NCBI GenBank assembly: GCA_964234715.1
Contig: OZ174276.1
Source: Podarcis melisellensis
Taxonomy: Eukaryota
Strand: one strand, 5' to 3'
DNA length: 64,000 bases
In this document: positions 28,364-37,069 of the stretch, piece after piece
Position numbering within the stretch: position 1 is the first letter of the stretch
Layout: each line of letters opens with the position of its first letter
The notes under the pieces: generated by a model
Database searches by the model: none
What the model saw: the letters and a program-made list of their open reading frames with translations, nothing else
Told to the model about the DNA's origin: nothing
Made by a program: the position numbers and the translations under genes

Positions 28364-28771
28364 TGTGATGGGACGATGAGCTGCTTGTGCGTAAAATGCA
28401 AGTCCCTCAGAGTTTGATCAGGTTTTCAAACCTCTGCCTGTGACGGAGCCCCTCCAGCATGGCTGCGTCAATCACTAGTAGTATCCGAAAGTGGCTGCTT
28501 TCGGAAACGTTTCCAACATAAAAGCTCCTTAACGGAAACACGTCGTCTGGCCTCTCGGCGTGACAGTTTCCGTCGAGGTGTGGGTGTCCCTATAGGAGGT
28601 CCTGAGACCTCCCCACTGGTTTCGCTTGAAGCGTCTCTGAGCCATCCCTCCGACTCACTTTCCCTTGGAGTTCTTGCTCGCCCTCTACTGGTTCCCTCTT
28701 CCGCTGCTACTGCTCTCTCAACCTCAGGGAGCCTTTGCACCTGCGGCGCTTTAGATGTCAGTTCCCTGACA
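28364..28771 (-). repeat. 3' LTR of copy 1 (408 bp)
   Basis: Direct repeat of 33454-33861 with no differences found by eye; element-sense TGTCAGG...CATCACA. Confidence 0.97.
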
Positions 28772-31700
28772 TCCACCTCCCCTCCAGGGCCCCCTTCACC
28801 CCCTCCCGTCTCCTCTCCTACTGGCGGTGAGGAGGTAAAACCCCTGAAAGAACCTCCCTCATCTTCCGACGTCGCGAACACTTCCTTCCACTTGTTGCTG
28901 TTCCTACTCTCTAGGTACTCTTCGTCATCAGAGTCCACTCCATCTTCCAACTCCGACTCCGCGAACCCTTCCATTTCCTCTTCCTCATCGGTGGTGCCGA
29001 AATACTCCCTCCTAAACCTTGCTATAGGCTGAGGTTTCCTCGGGAACCTTTGGTGGAACGTTTCTGTTAAAACCTCGTCATTGACTTCCTCTGCACTTAC
29101 CCAGGTGTTTTCTGACTCCGGTTCCCCTTCCCACGCCACCAAATACTCCACCTGATTACCCTTCCACCTGGAATCGAGGATTTCCGCTACATGGTTGCGG
29201 CGTTCCCTCTCTTCCAAGGCTGGTCCCCTGACGTGCTCCCCTTCACGTCCCCCCCTGTATGGTGACAGTAACGACCTGTGGAACACTGGGTGCAATTTCA
29301 TGTGGTTGGGTAATCGGAGTTTGAAAGCTACCGGGTTGACCTGCTGAATCACCTCAAAGGGTCCCAATCTTCTGGGCCTCAGTTTCTTACAACCCCCTTT
29401 GAACGGCAACCCTTGGGTTGACAACCACACTTGATCCCCCACCCTTATGGTTTCACCTTCCCTTCTGTTCTTGTCTGCCTGCTTCTTATATTGTGCCTTG
29501 GCCCTTTCTAAGTTGAGCTGGAGCTGCTGATGGATGGCTTCCATCTCTTCTACAAAATGTTCAGCCGCTGGAACACTCCATCTCTCCCCTCCTTCCCCTG
29601 GAAATGCCCTGGGGTGACACCCGTAATTAGCCAAAAAGGGACTCATCCCTGTGGACACATTCTCCGCATTATTGTAGGCAAATTCTGCCAACGCCAACTT
29701 TTCGACCCAATCGTTCTCTCTGTCATTGACATAACACCTAAGATATTGTTGAAGAATGCCATTTGCCCTTTCCGCCTGCCCGTTGGTTTCAGGGTGCCGG
29801 GCAGTTGAAAAATTAACTTCCACGTGTAGCAAGCTCATGAGCTTCCTCCAGAACCTGGAAGTAAATTGTTTGCCTCGATCTGAGATCACCCTCGAGGGAG
29901 CCCCGTGCAACCTAAAGATATGTTCCACAAACAACTTCGCCGTTTCTTCCGCTGTGACTGCATGTGAGCATGCTACAAAATGGCACATCTTAGTTAACAG
30001 GTCTACTACTACCATGATGGCTGTTTTCCCCTTGGACCTTGGCAGATCCGTCATAAAATCTATTGATATCGCTTCCCAAGGCCGTTCTGGTGTGGGTAAA
30101 GGTTCTAATAACCCTGCCGGCGCCCTTCTTTCCCCTTTGGCTCGCTGACATTGGTCACACCCTCTTACATACTCCCTTACATCTTCCCTCACCTTAGGCC
30201 ACCAAAATTCCCTGGTAACCAACCACATGGTTTTGTGTTGCCCAAAATGTCCCGCCGTGGGGCTATCATGCAACTGCTTGAGTACTCTCCCCCTCAATTC
30301 ACCTTCGGGTATATACAGTGCCCCTTTGTAATACAATGCCCCATTTCTTTCCTCAAAACCTCCGGGGCTCTCGCCCTTCCCCCTGAGACCTCTGAGCTTA
30401 TCCTGGGCATATTCATCATTTTCCGTTTCCTCCACCAGTTCCCGTTGCCCCACCAGCGCCGCCCCACACACCCAGCGGTCCTCCGGGATGACATGTCTCT
30501 CTTCGATCACCTCCTCCCCTTCCCAATATTCTGGTTTGCGTGAGAGCGCATCCGCCCTGACGTTTTCTGGGCCTGGCACATAACAAATCTCAAAGTTAAA
30601 TTTGGAGAATTCCTGTGCCCATCTCACTTGTCGTTGGTTGAGCACTCGAGCTGTTCTCCAATACTCTAAATTTTTGTGGTCGGTGCACACTTGCACCTTG
30701 TGTTGTGCCCCAATTAATAAATGTCTCCACCTCCGGAATGCTTCGTGAATGGCAAGTAGTTCCCTGTCATACACCGTGTAATTCCTCTCGGACTTATTCA
30801 GTTTCCGCGAGAAGAATGCACACGGTCTCCACTCCGACGCACTCCTCCCCGGTTGAAGAAGGACCGCCCCTATAGCCCGGTCGGATGCATCTGTTTCCAC
30901 TCTCATGGGTTTTTGTAAATCCACATGCAGAAGTTGTTCTTCCGAGGCGAAAGCCCTTTTCAGTTCTTCAAAGGCTCGATCCGCCTCCACCGTCCAAACA
31001 AATTTCTTCTTGCTGCTGAGGCAGTCGGTGATGGGCGCCGTCAAGTGGGCAAAGTTCTTGATGAACTTCCGATAAAAGTTCCCAAACCCCAAGAATCTTT
31101 GCACGTCCTTCTTGGTCTTCGGTGTCTTCCATTCCAGTACCGCTTGAACCTTGCCTGGATCCATGGCCAATCCCTTGTCTGACAAGCGGTACCCCAGGAA
31201 TTCCACCTCCTTGGTATGAAACTGGCACTTCTCCAGTTTCACCCACAGCTGGTTGGCTTGCAGCCTGCCCAACACTTCTCGAACGTCCCTCACATGCTGT
31301 TCCTCATCTTCCGAATACACCAACACGTCGTCTAAAAAGGCCACACAGTTCTTGTAGAGCAAAGGTCCCAGAACGTGGTTTATAAAAGCTTGAAAACAGG
31401 CGGAGCCCCCTTGTAGACCGAAGGGCATAACGAGGTATTCAAAGGCTCCCAAAGGGGTAAACATGGTGGTCTTCCATTCATCTCCCTTCCTTATGCGTAT
31501 CAGATTGTACGCCCCCCGCAGGTCCAGTTTTGTAAAAATCTTTCCCTTCCTTACTCTGGTCAAAATGTCGTCAATTCGGGGCATAGGGAAAGCCAGGGGC
31601 TCCGACACTGCATTGAGGGCCCTGAAGTCACACACCAGTCTCGGTTTGTCTGTGTTCTTTTTGTCCACAAAAAACACTGGGCTGCCCCCCACCGCTCGGG

Positions 31701-32559
31701 ACTCTCTGATGAAACCTCGCTTCAAGTTTTTGTCAATGAACTCCCTCAGCTCCTGCATCTCCCTGTCTGACATGGCGTACAGCTTGCCTACTGGGAGTTG
31801 GGCCCCTGGGAGTAGGTTGATTTGACAGTCAAAGGGTCTATGCGGTGGCAGTTTGTCTGCTTCCCTTTCGCTGAATACGTTGCTCAGATCTGCGTATTGC
31901 GGGGGCACCTTCCCTTTGCCCATCACTTCCATCCCCGCTAGGGTGACTCTGTCTCCTCCCGAGACCTTCCCCTCCTTGCAGTGTTCTAGGCAATGCGCTG
32001 ACCCAAAGGAGACCACCCTCTGATGCCAGCCCACTAGCGGATCGTGTAGCGCCAGCCAGCTCATCCCCAAAATGATGGGCGCTCCTCCCAGGATGGCCAC
32101 ATTAAACGCTATCTGTTCGGTGTGCCTTGCCACTCTCATTATCATCGGGACAGTCTGTTGGCTAACTTCTCCCCCCAACAGCTCTCTGCCGTCAATCGTA
32201 GTCACCTGCAAGGGGTTACTTAAAGGGATGGTCTGTATCTGGTGCTCAGCTGCAAACTCCTTACTCATGAAATTACAGGAGCTGCCTGAATCCAAAAGCG
32301 CCTTGACCTTTAGTGGGTGTCCGTTTGGCAGTTCTAGTAACACCTCTATCACTAAAGCAGGTCTGGGAGGTTCTGGCATGGGCACTTTCATTGCTCTTCG
32401 GCCTGGCTGCTGTGCCCCGACGGTGGCAGCCAGGCGTTGGCTTTTACTTGCTCCTTGCTTTCCTCTTCCTTTCCCCCAACAGCTCCTGCCATCCCTTGCC
32501 ATTCCTTTCTTTGTGGGCAGACTCTGGCAAAGTGCCCTGGCTGTTGGCAGAGATAACAT
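28468..32559 (-). CDS. pol: Pol of copy 1 (protease, RT, RNase H, integrase, chromodomain, long C-terminal tail); -1 frame relative to gag, probably made by frameshift near 32445
   Basis: LLDSGS protease; RT motifs KLDLRGAY, MPFGL, FLDD; RNase H ETDASD, ELLAI, TDHKNL, ADALSR; integrase HHCC, IDF..SDRG..GQAER, GPF module; YLVAWEG..ENTW chromodomain. No stops in 1363 codons. Confidence 0.97.
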   Translation of the reverse strand: MLSLPTARALCQSLPTKKGMARDGRSCWGKGRGKQGASKSQRLAATVGAQQPGRRAMKVPMPEPPRPALVIEVLLELPNGHPLKVKALLDSGSSCNFMSKEFAAEHQIQTIPLSNPLQVTTIDGRELLGGEVSQQTVPMIMRVARHTEQIAFNVAILGGAPIILGMSWLALHDPLVGWHQRVVSFGSAHCLEHCKEGKVSGGDRVTLAGMEVMGKGKVPPQYADLSNVFSEREADKLPPHRPFDCQINLLPGAQLPVGKLYAMSDREMQELREFIDKNLKRGFIRESRAVGGSPVFFVDKKNTDKPRLVCDFRALNAVSEPLAFPMPRIDDILTRVRKGKIFTKLDLRGAYNLIRIRKGDEWKTTMFTPLGAFEYLVMPFGLQGGSACFQAFINHVLGPLLYKNCVAFLDDVLVYSEDEEQHVRDVREVLGRLQANQLWVKLEKCQFHTKEVEFLGYRLSDKGLAMDPGKVQAVLEWKTPKTKKDVQRFLGFGNFYRKFIKNFAHLTAPITDCLSSKKKFVWTVEADRAFEELKRAFASEEQLLHVDLQKPMRVETDASDRAIGAVLLQPGRSASEWRPCAFFSRKLNKSERNYTVYDRELLAIHEAFRRWRHLLIGAQHKVQVCTDHKNLEYWRTARVLNQRQVRWAQEFSKFNFEICYVPGPENVRADALSRKPEYWEGEEVIEERHVIPEDRWVCGAALVGQRELVEETENDEYAQDKLRGLRGKGESPGGFEERNGALYYKGALYIPEGELRGRVLKQLHDSPTAGHFGQHKTMWLVTREFWWPKVREDVREYVRGCDQCQRAKGERRAPAGLLEPLPTPERPWEAISIDFMTDLPRSKGKTAIMVVVDLLTKMCHFVACSHAVTAEETAKLFVEHIFRLHGAPSRVISDRGKQFTSRFWRKLMSLLHVEVNFSTARHPETNGQAERANGILQQYLRCYVNDRENDWVEKLALAEFAYNNAENVSTGMSPFLANYGCHPRAFPGEGGERWSVPAAEHFVEEMEAIHQQLQLNLERAKAQYKKQADKNRREGETIRVGDQVWLSTQGLPFKGGCKKLRPRRLGPFEVIQQVNPVAFKLRLPNHMKLHPVFHRSLLSPYRGGREGEHVRGPALEERERRNHVAEILDSRWKGNQVEYLVAWEGEPESENTWVSAEEVNDEVLTETFHQRFPRKPQPIARFRREYFGTTDEEEEMEGFAESELEDGVDSDDEEYLESRNSNKWKEVFATSEDEGGSFRGFTSSPPVGEETGGGEGGPGGEVDVRELTSKAPQVQRLPEVERAVAAEEGTSRGRARTPRESESEGWLRDASSETSGEVSGPPIGTPTPRRKLSRREARRRVSVKELLCWKRFRKQPLSDTTSD
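28772..28785 (-). other. Polypurine tract of copy 1 (GGAGGGGAGGTGGA)
   Basis: Purine run directly abutting the 3' LTR; same at 47579-47592 in copy 2. Confidence 0.85.
32380..32448 (-). other. Predicted -1 frameshift signal: A GTA AAA, 6-nt spacer, H-type pseudoknot
   Basis: Stem 1 GCCTGGCTGC/GCAGCCAGGC (10 bp) and stem 2 GGGCAC/GTGCCC (6 bp) in the gag/pol overlap. Both stems are identical in copy 2 (51187-51255). Confidence 0.7.
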
Positions 32560-33407
32560 CTCTTGGCGCTCTTTCCCTCCTTCTTCCGCCCTTCACTGGG
32601 ATTTGAAACTGCGCGCGCCCGCGCTGTTCCAACTTCCATCGGCTCTGCCGGCGGGAAAGATGGCTCTGGAATGTCTGGAATGCGGAACTCCCTCCAACGG
32701 TCTCCTTTCCTTTCCCGCCTTTCCAAAGCCCTCGCCTCCTGGCGCGCTCCTATGGCCAGCGCAGATTTGGTTAATTGGTCCATAGACTCCGCCCTGGGCC
32801 CCCGGGAAAGCTCATCTTTGACGGTTGAAGAAAGCCCCTCTTCGAAAAGCATTTGGATGGGCTCCGCCGATAGGTCCCACCCCAATTTATGAATCAGCAT
32901 AGTAAATTCAGTCCAGTACTCACGGACAGATCTGCTTCCTTGCTGGCAAGCCATTAACTGCCTTCGCACCACCCCCTGCTCAATATCGCTGGAAAACATC
33001 AGGTCCATGGCACGAAAAAACTTCCTCGTGTCCTTTAAGATCTCATTATTCGCTGCCATCAGGGGTCTAACCCAATCTTTCGCCCCGGATTCGAGATGGC
33101 CAATCACATACGCCACTCGCGATTCCTCGTCGGGGAAGTCATCAAACTGCAAGTTTAGAGCGTATTGCATCTCTGTTCTAAAGGCATGATAGTTCCTGGG
33201 ATCCCCCCCGAATTTCTGCACCAATCCTGGTACCTTTCTGGCGAGCGGGGTGGTTTTCTCCTTTCCCTTTTCTGCATCCTGAGCCCTCCTCTCCTCAAGC
33301 CTCGCCGTTTGCAGCGCCAACTGGATCTCCAACGCTCTGTACCTTTCTTCCAGGCTTGGACCCCCTCCAGCTGCTCCTGCACCCCCGGTTCCGGCTGGGT
33401 TGCTCAT
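32388..33407 (-). CDS. gag: Gag of copy 1 (339 aa from ATG, MSNPAG...; PEG10/RTL-like capsid, CCHC zinc knuckle)
   Basis: Coiled-coil-like N-terminus, FGGDP motif, MHR-like QQGSRSVREYWTEF, EPMEVG, CYLCQQPGHFARVC. The ORF-track start at 33491 is a TTG inside the LTR; the first ATG (A at -3) is at 33407. Confidence 0.93.
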   Translation of the reverse strand: MSNPAGTGGAGAAGGGPSLEERYRALEIQLALQTARLEERRAQDAEKGKEKTTPLARKVPGLVQKFGGDPRNYHAFRTEMQYALNLQFDDFPDEESRVAYVIGHLESGAKDWVRPLMAANNEILKDTRKFFRAMDLMFSSDIEQGVVRRQLMACQQGSRSVREYWTEFTMLIHKLGWDLSAEPIQMLFEEGLSSTVKDELSRGPRAESMDQLTKSALAIGARQEARALERRERKGDRWREFRIPDIPEPSFPPAEPMEVGTARARAVSNPSEGRKKEGKSAKRCYLCQQPGHFARVCPQRKEWQGMAGAVGGKEEESKEQVKANAWLPPSGHSSQAEEQ

Positions 33408-33440
33408 GATGCTTCTCTCTGCACAAGCTGGCTTTCGGTG

Positions 33441-33450
33441 ACTTTCGGAT
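33441..33450 (-). other. Non-tRNA primer-binding site (ATCCGAAAGT), complementary to LTR 33573-33582; predicted self-priming
   Basis: Lies 3 nt past the 5' LTR and lacks the TGG of tRNA PBSs. Exact 10-nt complement in the LTR (11 nt in copy 2: 52248-52258 vs 52379-52389). Confidence 0.8.
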
Positions 33451-33453
33451 TGC

Positions 33454-33861
33454 TGTGATGGGACGATGAGCTGCTTGTGCGTAAAATGCAAGTCCCTCAG
33501 AGTTTGATCAGGTTTTCAAACCTCTGCCTGTGACGGAGCCCCTCCAGCATGGCTGCGTCAATCACTAGTAGTATCCGAAAGTGGCTGCTTTCGGAAACGT
33601 TTCCAACATAAAAGCTCCTTAACGGAAACACGTCGTCTGGCCTCTCGGCGTGACAGTTTCCGTCGAGGTGTGGGTGTCCCTATAGGAGGTCCTGAGACCT
33701 CCCCACTGGTTTCGCTTGAAGCGTCTCTGAGCCATCCCTCCGACTCACTTTCCCTTGGAGTTCTTGCTCGCCCTCTACTGGTTCCCTCTTCCGCTGCTAC
33801 TGCTCTCTCAACCTCAGGGAGCCTTTGCACCTGCGGCGCTTTAGATGTCAGTTCCCTGACA
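33454..33861 (-). repeat. 5' LTR of copy 1 (408 bp)
   Basis: Direct repeat of 28364-28771, upstream of gag. Confidence 0.97.
33578..33613 (-). promoter_or_regulatory. Predicted LTR core promoter: TATA-like TTTTAT at -31 and Inr CCA(+1)CTTT, TSS about 33582 (52389 in copy 2)
   Basis: CCACTTT fits Inr YYANWYY, and the A/T box lies 31 nt upstream. The predicted +1 coincides with the first base of the PBS-complementary segment. Inference only. Confidence 0.6.
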
Positions 33862-35204
33862 AATAGGAATGAACAATACCTGTTCTAACCTAACATGAAC
33901 TTGCATGTTTTCTAGTATGGTTCAAGACGGGAACATCTTATATGCCGTTTACTGGTCTGGATCATAAAGAATCATATATTTAGTTAAACAAAATGTCTTA
34001 GACATGTTGAATGCAATGATAGTGCAGTATTGCTTGGTGAATATGAGACAATGGAATATGAGACAAAGACCCACAAAAAATTATCAATCAGTGCAACTAA
34101 GGACATAAAGATTGACTAGTATTAGTTCTGAAATGCAGCAGAAACTCCAGGCAGTACTTTCTTTTTGCAAAAGAACTGGAGAATGCCTCTACCATCATGC
34201 ATTCACTCTGGGATAATCCATTTGCCACTAGTGATGCCAATAAATCAAAGTCCCAGTATATTTATTTTGAAACTTTTAAGTATGGATTTACTAACCCTGC
34301 TCCTAAACTGGACACAAAGGACAGCCAATGCGTTACTTAGATAATCTCAGAATTCCAACAAACACAGCTTATACTCATGAAGATTGATGCAGTTCTCCAA
34401 TATATAAAGTTTGCTGTTTGATATTTTATCCAAGGCACACTAATTACACTTCCTCACTTTTTCTTAAAAGCAGATGTCATTTGCTAGATATTTAGAGAAG
34501 ATAATGAACAGCAATGAACATACACAATGTCAAGAACTGCTGTCAGGAACATTAGTAAATTTTTGATCTTATGGATACGTTCAGAGTAGACCCTAGTACC
34601 TTCGGTGAAGAGTTATTTGACAAATGAAACAAAGGCTACAATTAACTCTCTCCACGGTTTCACACAGTGAAAAATGAACAGAACTCCACATGCTTCTGTT
34701 CTTCAAAATGCAAACATGGGTATTGTTTTGTAAAATGTCTTACAGAGCAGCAAGATAACACATTACGTATCTATATATGTCTACAAGCAATAACAGAAAT
34801 TTGGCATTCATGAGTGTTGCACAGCAGATCTAAAGTATCACATTTTAACCAGAAATCAATAGGACAGAAATCAATACCCCTACTTTCCTGGAGCAAGCCC
34901 CACTAATCCCATTGACACTTTCTTCTGAGTAGGCATGTATAGGATTACACTCAAAAGTAAGACCCAGTGAGCCTACTGAAACTTATTCCTAGGTAAGTGT
35001 TATAAGATTGCAATTTTGTTTTAAATCAAACAAAACAAAAACATTTCAAAAGACAAGGAAGGATAAAACTGAACAGCAGTAACAAAACTTTTTCCACTGA
35101 AGAATGGCTTTTTATGCTTCATACTGTACTTTTATTTAGATGTTTCTAATTACTCTGTAAGCCACCTTGAATCCTGGTTTAGGAAAAGGCAGGGATATTA
35201 TAGA

Positions 35205-35412
35205 ATGATGGAATCATAGAGTTGGAAGGGACCCAAGGGTCATCTAGTCCAACCCCCTGCAAAGCAGGAATCACATCTCCTCTCATTCTCCTGTTTTCCA
35301 AGCTAAACATACCCAGCTTCCATCTTGGTTGCTCTCCTCTGCACACGTTCCAGCTTGTCAACATCCTTCTTAAATTGTGGTGCCCAGAATTGGACACAGT
35401 ATTCCAGATGTG
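35205..35412 (-). mobile_element. CR1 LINE 3' fragment with internal deletions
   Basis: Remnants of [15 protein letters not shown] and KLGMFSLE followed by a CCTTCCAACTCTATGATTC tail. Confidence 0.75.
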
Positions 35413-36976
35413 GATTGACAGTATTATTACTATTATTATTATTATTATTAGTAGTAGTAGTAGTACTTTAGTACATATATGTAAACACAACATATTTGCA
35501 GACAATGTTATGCAAGTCAGATATGTATAAACCTAATTGAAATAACTCTTTGCAATGAAGAAGAATCACAATATGCACGTTTTGTACTTTGTGATCTGAA
35601 TTCCAGTACAAACTGCGCTTTGAAAAGCTACTTTCTGAACATGTTAAAATGCTCACATTGTATATAGTCTTTTCATGCCACTGGAGCAAGTTAGAATGCA
35701 CATCAGAGAAACCACCATTTTTTGAAGACATGCCCCTCCTTCCCTTACAGGCTCCCTCAGTGTGGAAATGCCAAACATCCTTAGCAGAACCACGGCCATT
35801 CTCCTATATGCATTCTGAGGTGGTGCAGTCTTATGACAGAATTGCGACAACCACCACACGTTTGAAACACCTCTTATTTAAGCTTGTTCAATACCTTGGA
35901 AAGGATAGCCAAGGGTCTGTTTTTACTGAACAAGGATATCTATTTCTAGCAGAACAGGAAGTATTCTTCAACACAAGGAAAGCATTTGAAAAACATTTTT
36001 CTGCAGTCCCCTTGAGTGTGCAGAAAGCTGTAAAAAGAAGGGATCTGTCAAGAAAACCTTTAAACGAAATGAGATTGCATGTAATCTTATGTGTGCTATA
36101 AGAAAATGGGGGGGGGGGGACCTTAGCCGTTGATTCAAAATCTCTTTCATGTTCAACTGCTAGAGGAAAAGGTACTTCCCAGGGCAACTGCCATTCAGAG
36201 AATTTATCCATGCACATTTGCTCTCTATGTGCCACAAATTAATTTTATTATTCTCAAATTTATTTTTTTCAATGAAAGCTATTTGTTTTATTTGAAAATG
36301 TATCTAGTCAAAACTATTTAGTGCGCTGTTTATTATCATCATTTCTGTGGCTATTATAAACTGTGAAACAAATTAGCCTTTTAGTGTGCATATGTGGCCG
36401 TGCATTTGCTTCTTCCTTCACAATTGTGAGCAATCAAACCAGGAAGTGTCCAATCAATCATGGTTCCCATTTTGTCTAATCTGGGAAATTATGCTTGCCA
36501 GCTTCAGAAAAAGTCAGTATATTAAACACAAGTTTGAAATTAGTTTTGTTAATAAAAGGTATGTGGCATGTGAACATACAGATTCTACTTTTAGCTGTCA
36601 TGACAATCACCCATTGAAAGGCTAGCCCTTCATGGATTTGCCTAATTTTGTTTAAAATGCCAGGACTAAATTCAGTGCACAGTACATGTATTATATAAAT
36701 ATGTTCTTTTAATCGTTCTGAACATACAATCAGTTCCATTGTATAATGAAGGTCTAGCATTATGACAAAAATAGTTTCTCTTTATTCACTACCTATATGG
36801 TTGCTAATCTGGTACGTTTCTGTCATGCTTCCTCCTCCCCTAGTTATCTTGTTCCTATTCTAGCCACCCAACCAACCAACCAACCAACCAAACAAACAAA
36901 CAAACAAACACTAGTTTAGCCTTTTCTCATAGTGAGATACTCTATCTGGATGATCAGGGGGTCTCTAGTTGGCCAT

Positions 36977-37015
<39 letters not shown>

Positions 37016-37069
37016 TTACTTTATTGACAATCTTATACAACAAATAATGTATACATCTTCTTTTACTAG

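Larger units (their letters stand above)
28364..33861 (-). mobile_element. Full-length Ty3/Gypsy chromoviral LTR retrotransposon (Tf1/sushi-like), copy 1, 5,498 bp
   Basis: Two identical 408-bp TG...CA LTRs (28364-28771, 33454-33861). 5-bp TSD AATAG (28359-28363, 33862-33866). Intact gag and pol with order PR-RT-RH-IN-chromodomain. Confidence 0.98.

Noticed and set aside
28364-28520. Possible ribozyme in the structured R-U5 region (CTGATCA, GAAA motifs)
   Set aside because: No complete hammerhead core (CUGAnGA...GAAA...UH) or HDV topology found by eye.
28822-28839. FTSSPP resembling the Ty5 Sir4-targeting motif LDSSPP
   Set aside because: A four-residue low-complexity match, with no Sir4 in vertebrates; likely chance.
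28580-29032. Ser/Pro-rich antisense ORF starting in the LTR
   Set aside because: Mirror of the acidic Pol tail; non-ATG start; truncated to 112 aa in copy 2.
32072-32785. 237-aa antisense ORF present in both retrotransposon copies (also 50879-51592) and other plus-strand ORFs inside the elements
   Set aside because: Shadow frames of GC-rich coding sequence. Sharing is expected at about 98% identity, and no domain is recognisable.
33408-33491. N-terminal Gag extension MHFTHK... in the ORF track
   Set aside because: Starts at TTG within U5 and crosses the PBS; the ATG at 33407 in good context is the likelier start.
33558-33830. Stand-alone ORF in the 5' LTR (also 52365-52676)
   Set aside because: Simply the LTR duplicate of the Pol C-terminus, upstream of the predicted TSS.
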